From assembly GCA_051294375.1 (NCBI GenBank), contig JBJCIZ010000959.1, forward strand, positions 1-17,844: a stretch of 17,844 nt of DNA, in the 5' to 3' direction. The stretch is from Paraspadella gotoi (taxonomy: Eukaryota > Animalia > Chaetognatha). The position numbers were made by a program, and so were the translations under genes. This document shows, one piece after another, positions 12,901 through 17,844 of the stretch; position 1 is the stretch's first letter, and each line of letters begins with the position of its first letter. The notes under the pieces are model-generated. The model had not been told where the DNA came from. It saw nothing but the letters and a program-made list of their open reading frames with translations, and made no database searches.

Positions 12901-13708
12901 CGTTGAGGGCCTGTAGCGCCGCAACATACTGAGTTGAGCGTCCAGGGGTTTTTTTTTTCTTGACCACGTTGTGTGGTGATGGCCCACAGCACTCTTACTC
13001 TTCCGTTATATTGCCCAATGCTTTCTCCATTTTTGAAATTCTTCTTTGGCTAGCTTGAGTTGTTCAGCGGCAAGTCGGCCCTCGTCGGTAGGCTCGTGCT
13101 GGGATGGATCAGGCGGAACCCTCGGTTGGAATGTGGATGCTTCTATCCACCTCATGCTTTGGTCTCTTCGCGAAGGGTCTCAAAATTCCGAGTTTTTGTA
13201 GTGAGTTTCTGGGCAGTTTTCGCAATCAATTTGAAATAGGATTATTGACTGTATTGATCTGAAAGGCCTTCGGTCAGATAAGACTATTGCTGTTAGAATC
13301 TCGTTGAAAATCGTTACAGTATCACGAGTAGGCAGGCTTGGTGTTCGGCGGATAAATGGATGCTCCAATTCAGAAAATCAGTTCCAAGGATAAGGGGTCG
13401 TAACGTCTAGCAAGTACCGAGTTGTTAGTGTGGTATTGTGCAGTTCTTTCTTCCTAGTCTGATAGTTGTTTGTTTGGTGCCGTAGGAAGAGATGCAGACC
13501 CGTTTGCAGCATGAAGTTGAGGCGCTCGGTAGCACCGCGGAAGCTTTTCTGATGGATAATGGTGCCATTCAAAGTGACGCTTGCACACCATCCACAAGCA
13601 TGTCATGTTGTTGATGTTTCGTCATCATCGGTGCGCAGTAGGGTTTCACTATACATACCACGCAGCGGCGTTTTTACTCCTCACGGGTGCTTGGCTTGGC
13701 CGTTTCCC
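10000..13708 (-). CDS. pol: Pol polyprotein (PR-RT-RNaseH-IN), broken by many indels; 3' end approximate
   Basis: Domain motifs are recoverable across frames (see domain entries). ORF-track fragments 12524-12736, 12253-12609, 12059-12256, 11902-12147, 11220-11543 and 10763-10993 are pieces of it. Confidence 0.92.
10385..11545 (-). other. Integrase domain (HHCC-like, DDE core, GPY/F-type C-terminus)
   Basis: RPL..QTWRRRIYDAIHNLAQPS, CxxCQQGK, HIDLVGPLP, WIARFGVPATV.S(D)RG.NFTS, FHRTIR, WFNQLP.VLL, PYLGP at ~10500-10515 and SID.RL.KP at ~10385-10410. Confidence 0.93.
11795..12190 (-). other. RNase H domain
   Basis: LTVDAS, IGGVLEQ, YDRELLA, TDIRYIEGKANVVADTL. Confidence 0.93.
12310..13160 (-). 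other. Reverse transcriptase domain
   Basis: IFSKVDL.K, KTA..TTFG-LWEF, FV(YL)DDILVA with DD at 12605-12610, NEEEH, LDFIGYQVDANGVRPLDDKI, KEVKRYLGMLN. Confidence 0.95.
13370..13620 (-). other. Aspartic protease domain
   Basis: MLVDG(G)ASVTL with catalytic D at 13590-13592, LHAANGS, GTKQTTIRLG, DVTTP-ILGTDFL. Confidence 0.85.
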
Positions 13709-14640
13709 CGCACTTGATCTTGGGCTTTAGCATTTTGATTGCTCGGTCTCCAAATGTCCTGTCGATTAGAAACAGAGTCCGTGCGAGGTCAGAGAAGAGT
13801 TAAAGGCATTTGAGGTCTGGTCGATTGGTTGAATGTGCGGCTTGTCTGTTTGGGGAAACGGAGCTGCTTGATTGTTGCTTGTTCTTCGGGTAGTTAGGGC
13901 GTGCTGGCTTCTGGGGGCATTGGCCGACGCGCGGAGGTCGCGGCACACGTTTGGCTACGTGGTTGGGCTTATCTTTCTGTGGAAGATGCTATCATCGCCA
14001 ATTCGGGCGCATTAATCCTCTGTCTCCGAGTTCGATAGGTCGTCATCAAAGATTGCCCCATTCTGTTGGAGGGATCGTCTCTGACGTAAGTTGACGACGT
14101 TTTCCAACTGGTTTTTGAGACGATCTGAAGATCGCCTTGGGCGGAATAAATGCGTCGGCCTTTTTGGCTGATCGGCCTCGGCGTCTCGTTCCTCTTCACT
14201 TACTACCCCTTCCAGCACAATGGGCGGGAGAGACCTCAGGCAAGTGATCGCGCTATGAGGATGTGTCGATCTTGGGGGTTCGACCTCTGCACGCATGCGG
14301 CCACAAACTGCAGAGGGAGTGCGTTCCTTGGAGGGAGTGATGTCCTAGGAGCCTTTGACGCCTTTTGCCGGGGCTTTCGGCAAACATCGTATAAGCTGTT
14401 TTTCAGGGAGTTTGGTAACGAGCCGGACACGGGTTGATCATCGGTATTAAAAACCTTGAATCAGTACCTGATGCTCCTGGCGAAATCGCACTGAGAATGG
14501 TACAGCTTTTTGAGTTGTTCGTCATGAATGATAGCGAGGTGGAAACCTCCCTCGACTGCAGCAAGCCAGGCTGGATGGTGCTGACATCGAAAGGTTGGCA
14601 CTTTGGCGTCTTGAACGCTGGCTGGGCTTGCGTCTCCAGA
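13681..14640 (-). CDS. gag: Gag core (frameshifted) with C-terminal CHCC-type zinc knuckle
   Basis: Joined across frames: (K)xPPFD..PAW.AAVEG.F.L..I.DE..K.YH.LSAISP..., later LRSLPP.V, and GLCF(Y)HRTFGDRAIKC at ~13730-13780, ending GNGQAKHP-stop (TGA at 13681-13683). Matches the KLPPFW...WF and CxxHxxFGxxAxxC pattern of CsRn1-type gags. Confidence 0.8.
13702..13708 (-). promoter_or_regulatory. Putative -1 ribosomal frameshift heptamer G GGA AAC at the gag-pol junction
   Basis: X XXY YYZ heptamer in the gag phase, six sense codons before the gag stop, between the CHCC motif and the protease. Confidence 0.65.
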
Positions 14641-14825
14641 TCATCGGGTTTTTGCGTGAGGGAGGAAGGCTCCCATCGCTCTGACGTCTCCTGGGTATGA
14701 GCTTGACCTGCCATAATTGGCACATACGTGCCGATAGGTACCTGTCGGCCTTGGTGCTTCCTGTTAGTGTCCGCCTGAGCTCCACTTAGCCTTTTTGGAT
14801 TTTTTCAGTGAGGTGTTGGATGAGC

Positions 14826-15335
14826 TTATGATTGCTCTTCATTACTCTGGCCTTGTTTTGATTCCACCTCCTTGATCCGTATGGTGAACAGACGACGAAT
14901 AACCATTGATATGACCTGTGCGGTCGCAGCTTCGACCGAACATTGGGATCGAGGGGGTGGTGGCCAGGACTTTGGGCTGGTCATGTGCCGGGTTCGCGCC
15001 CGACCACGGCTACGACGAGGTTGTCTGAAATGCGGCGTTGTCGAACTGCCTTTGGTGATGGTGGCGCTGATGAAAATACCGGTGTTCCGTCGGCTCAACG
15101 GGGAGATGTGATCGCGGGAGCTAGGTGTCAGGGCTCGGTGCTTACGTCTTCCATTATCCGGGCGATCGTCTCTGAGGTGGTCTGACCCGGCCAGTAAAGT
15201 TGTGAAGTCTCTCGGGCGCTGGACGTCTCCACGCTCCACAGGCAGGGCTTCCATGTCCAACCGGTCGTTCCATGATTGTTTGACTAGAATGTTGGCTAAA
15301 AATTTGGCTGTAAAAATACTAATTCTGGGCGACAT
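14826..15335 (-). CDS. Unknown ORF or N-terminal extension upstream of the gag core
   Basis: 169-aa ORF, the longest in the window, starting at ATG 15335 where AT-rich leader switches to GC-richer sequence. It lies inside the LTRs on the gag strand. No domain recognised, and the true frame is uncertain because of indels. Confidence 0.45.
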   Translation of the reverse strand: MSPRISIFTAKFLANILVKQSWNDRLDMEALPVERGDVQRPRDFTTLLAGSDHLRDDRPDNGRRKHRALTPSSRDHISPLSRRNTGIFISATITKGSSTTPHFRQPRRSRGRARTRHMTSPKSWPPPPRSQCSVEAATAQVISMVIRRLFTIRIKEVESKQGQSNEEQS

Positions 15336-16006
15336 CGTGCAATCGCGAACAGAAAGAAATTCAAGAAAATGGTTTTCAATCTTTTAATACAGAGAAAAAT
15401 GCCGAAAGAACAAAATTTGTGTAAATCGTTCTATTAGAGAATGTAGACGGCTAGCGAAATTCGTCTTGATGAAAACTGTGTTAATCACGGCGCGTAAATG
15501 AAAACAGCGTTGGCGGAGACGGTTTTTTACATTACCGTAGGTACTTTATGAAGAGTTATATTTAAACTGTAGAAGTAATTTTTTAAAATTTTCAAAATAA
15601 AAGGAATAAAATGGATAGGTTAATATCGGAATTCAAAGATTAAAACAATCAAAACGTGAGGCGTGGATGGCGAGTAAATCCCCGGGTAGTGTTGATGGCA
15701 ATGTTGGACGTATGGAACGATGACCGTGTAGGCGCCGCGGCGGACGTGAGAACAAATAGGAATTGCGGAAAATTTTTTGACAGTTTTTAAATTTTGAAAG
15801 TAAATGCTGATTTGATTCGCGAAAGTAGGGCCGTGAAGTGAAAACGTTGGAGTGCATCTTTTTTCCACTAAATAATAAACCGGCCGTATTATTATATGCA
15901 ACTGCACATGAATAAAATAACATCCGACATCATCACTTGATCAAATCAAATCATAATAAATTCAATGAAAATAAATAAAAAATTTCAGGTTTACTGCTAT
16001 CTGTTA

Positions 16007-16021
16007 GTCGGCAGATCACCA
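16007..16021 (-). promoter_or_regulatory. Primer binding site, tRNA-Trp-like
   Basis: Minus strand reads TGGTGATCTGCCGAC, 3 nt after the LTR end. This resembles TGGTGACCCCGAC, the complement of the tRNA-Trp 3' end, with indel/mismatch noise. Confidence 0.7.
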
Positions 16022-16024
16022 GAG

Positions 16025-16318
16025 TGTATGAAGCAACCTGAAGAATAGTAATAATCAAATTTATGGAGAGGAGAGTGAAATAATTGGGACGATGTAGGAG
16101 ACAGTTAGAAAAAGAAGAGTGAGTCTAGCTCTTCCTGATCCATTTTATCATCGCCCGGGACCAATTGACCTTTAGGTCGCCTTCGGCCCTATTGACTTTT
16201 CGGTCAATCTAAGGTCTTGTCAAAAGTAGGGTCAAATGTGACCGTGTTGGAATTAGACCGGCTCGAAGAAAGAGGAGAGAGTAATGGTTTAGAGAGAGAG
16301 GACGAAGTAAGTGCCTCA
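16025..16318 (-). repeat. 5' LTR
   Basis: Blocks shared with 8732-9370: ggacgatgt..gaaaaagaag..tgagtctag (16087-16128 vs 8792-8827); ttttatcatcgcccgg..ttgaccttt..ggtcgcc (16143-16181 vs 9025-9068); accggct..cga..gagagaga..cgaag..gcctca (16257-16318 vs 9290-9370). The PBS lies 3 nt inside. Confidence 0.85.
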
Positions 16319-16385
16319 GGGTGAAATAATTGAGAGAGACAGAGAAGACAGAGGAAGATAAATAATACATTTTTGTAATGATATA

Positions 16386-16800
16386 ACAATACGTGAGCAT
16401 TTGGTGAACAGAAAACAAAATTTCCGCAGATCAATACTTCAGGAGCCCCGTTATTGGCGGCCTGTTGCAGGGAAGGATAACCACCCTGCACCGCGGCATA
16501 CATGGGCCAGACAGGAAATCTACTGGCAGATCGCGTTTCAAACAGACACAAAGGCCATATCGGACAATGTGGTCATTTATTATGCGGCTATTCGCGAGGC
16601 ACACGGCAACCTTGGCCATCTGGCTTCAAGGAAAATGGACTGTCTGTGCTGTCCGATGACCAAAACTGGTTCACTAGAGGTTATTCAGAGAGGGCGATTT
16701 AGCATTCAAGCCCTTCGAACCCTCTCTGAATCGTAGATGCGGAGCGGACGATTCTCGACATCCCTCCCGAAGGCTATGATTCGATTAAGTCAGAGATGGA
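16386..16800 (+). pseudogene. Penelope-like retroelement C-terminal GIY-YIG endonuclease fragment (5'-truncated, frameshifted)
   Basis: Across frames: TIREHLVNRK.KISADQ.SG..Y, C...CTAAYMGQTGNLLADR..HKGHI (single frame from 16487), AAIREAHGNLGH, LSDDQNWFTRG..E.AI, PSLNR.., YDSI. This parallels the PLE pattern LVHPKDK..GVVY.I.C..C...YIGETGR.L..R..EH...SA..EH....H....WFERG.KEAIYI...PSLNRD, including the CCHH zinc finger. Confidence 0.85.
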
Positions 16801-16958
16801 GTGGAACGCCAGTCGCCACTCAACCACACGGGTGATTTCGCGCGCGTCCCACTTCAACGGGTTCAGAGCGGAGGCCTCCCAGCAACAATGGAACGCCTGA
16901 TACCGTCTCCCGAGCCCATTACTATAGCAATCCGCGGTGTGACTGCATTCTTCACACT

Positions 16959-16983
16959 NNNNNNNNNNNNNNNNNNNNNNNNN
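16959..16983. other. Assembly gap (25 N)
   Basis: Run of 25 N; true size unknown. Confidence 1.
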
Positions 16984-17375
16984 ACTGGGCGTCGCCCAAA
17001 ACGACGGCTGCAGGAGGAGGAAGCAGACCAGAACAGGCATCTGCCCGCCTCGTCGTCAGGCAAGACTAAGAGGAGGGCTTTTGGCAGGCTTACCAGGCCA
17101 GAGAGATATTAGAGTGGCATTGGGCATTTTTCTAGGCGGCTTGCTACCAGATCCTGGACAATCTCGATCCATAACAATATCCTCTCAGCCCATGACAAAT
17201 CAATGACCCGATCAGATCGTCAACGTCCTGCTTTTGCCAGGCCGTGGGGGGGCCAGCTCATTTTGAGCTCTTTCTCTATCTCTATTTTCTCTTGCTCATA
17301 TTCTTCATATTCTTCTTTTCCCCTATATTTCAATCTTAAACTAGTTAAATTTGTTATTATTTATTTGTTATTATT

Positions 17376-17650
17376 ATTTTGTTATCATTACAAAATTGTA
17401 ATTATTTTCTCTCCTCGTCTCTCTGCATATTTCACCATTCATTGTCAACTCACTTTCCTGCTTCTTCTTCCCCTTCACTCTTCAACCCTTGCCTAATCTG
17501 ACACTGTCCCTATTTATCACTCTGTGTTGGAAGCTTTTACTCTCTCTCTCTGCCTGCTTCCTTCGCTGCTCTAACTCAATGTTAAAGAGACAAAAATTGT
17601 AAACTGAAACAAACGCTGATTGAAGGCTATAAAACAAGAGCCGGAATATT
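17376..17650 (+). repeat. Right arm of an inverted repeat (candidate PLE pLTR); left arm is ~8600-8730 joined to 16320-16389
   Basis: Reverse complement reads ...gaagaagaagcaggaaagtgagttgacaatgaatggtgaaatatgcagagagacgaggagagaaaataattacaattttgtaatgataacaa. Joined flanks read ...gaagaagaaagaggaaagatggttgaaat..tgaaatggtg|aaataattgagagagac..gaggaagataaataatacatttttgtaatgatataacaa. Also ctcttgtttt (8611-8620) vs aaaacaagag (17631-17640). Confidence 0.75.
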
Positions 17651-17655
17651 GTTCC
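17610..17655 (+). ncRNA. Degenerate minimal hammerhead-ribozyme-like motif
   Basis: CTGAtTGA-A-GGCT-(10-nt loop)-AGCC-GgAA-TATT resembles CUGANGA / stem II / GAAA with two core deviations, plus palindromic AATATT at the stem III position. Minimal hammerheads are known in PLE pLTRs. Stem I and the NUH site are not convincingly resolved. Confidence 0.45.
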
Positions 17656-17844
17656 TTATATATAAATAAAAATCGTTAGTAAAGCACAACAAACTTTATG
17701 TTTGCTTTAATTATACACAACGAAAAGAGAGAAAATAACTTAAAGAATTAATTTAAAAAATAATTTTTATCAAAAATTAATTTTGTTATATCTCATATTT
17801 ATTTAATATTAACATTTATTACTAAGTATTATAAAGGTTTGTTT

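Larger units (their letters stand above)
8732..16318 (-). mobile_element. Full-length Ty3/Gypsy LTR retrotransposon, CsRn1/Kabuki-like (frameshifted in this sequence)
   Basis: Seen: direct repeats at 8732-9370 and 16025-16318 with TG...CA termini (minus strand TGAGG...TACA); PBS next to one LTR and PPT next to the other; gag-PR-RT-RNaseH-IN order on the minus strand; GGTG on both flanks. Known: integrase after RT/RH is the Gypsy order; CHCC gag motif plus tRNA-Trp PBS typify the CsRn1 lineage. Confidence 0.93.

Noticed and set aside
14150-15387. + strand ORFs over the gag region as an antisense gene
   Set aside because: Short shadow ORFs expected opposite GC-richer coding sequence; no motifs.
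16421-16429. tttccgcag as the splice acceptor of a host exon
   Set aside because: PLE-like coding similarity (REHLVNRK.KIS) extends upstream through this site.
17203-17496. 97-aa hydrophobic ORF
   Set aside because: Hydrophobicity comes from T/C-rich low-complexity DNA overlapping the inverted-repeat arm.
8600-17650. Inverted repeat as a palindromic-read artefact or DNA-transposon TIRs
   Set aside because: A fold-back artefact would also mirror the Gypsy insert and the inner sequence, which it does not. The enclosed ORF is a GIY-YIG endonuclease, not a DDE transposase.

Overview
Eukaryotic (probably invertebrate) repeat-dense DNA with no recognisable host gene. The dense indels left of a 25-N gap (16959-16983) look like poorly polished long-read sequence. 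Left to right: degenerate mini/microsatellites and possible non-autonomous Helitron ends (1-3300); a ~4.6 kb AT-rich degenerate satellite (~3750-8400); a structurally complete ~7.6 kb minus-strand Ty3/Gypsy LTR retrotransposon of CsRn1/Kabuki type (8732-16318) with two LTRs, a tRNA-Trp-like PBS, PPT, CHCC gag, GGGAAAC slippery site, PR-RT-RH-IN and a GGTG target-site duplication; and a 5'-truncated Penelope-like element (PLE) GIY-YIG endonuclease fragment (+, ~16386-16800). Best observation: removing the Gypsy element rejoins a sequence that is an inverted copy of 17376-17650. This suggests the Gypsy inserted into the inverted terminal repeat (pLTR) of the PLE, and that repeat carries a hammerhead-ribozyme-like motif. 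The Gypsy also has ~700 bp of coding-like sequence upstream of its gag core. All alignments were made by eye and coordinates of degenerate features are approximate.
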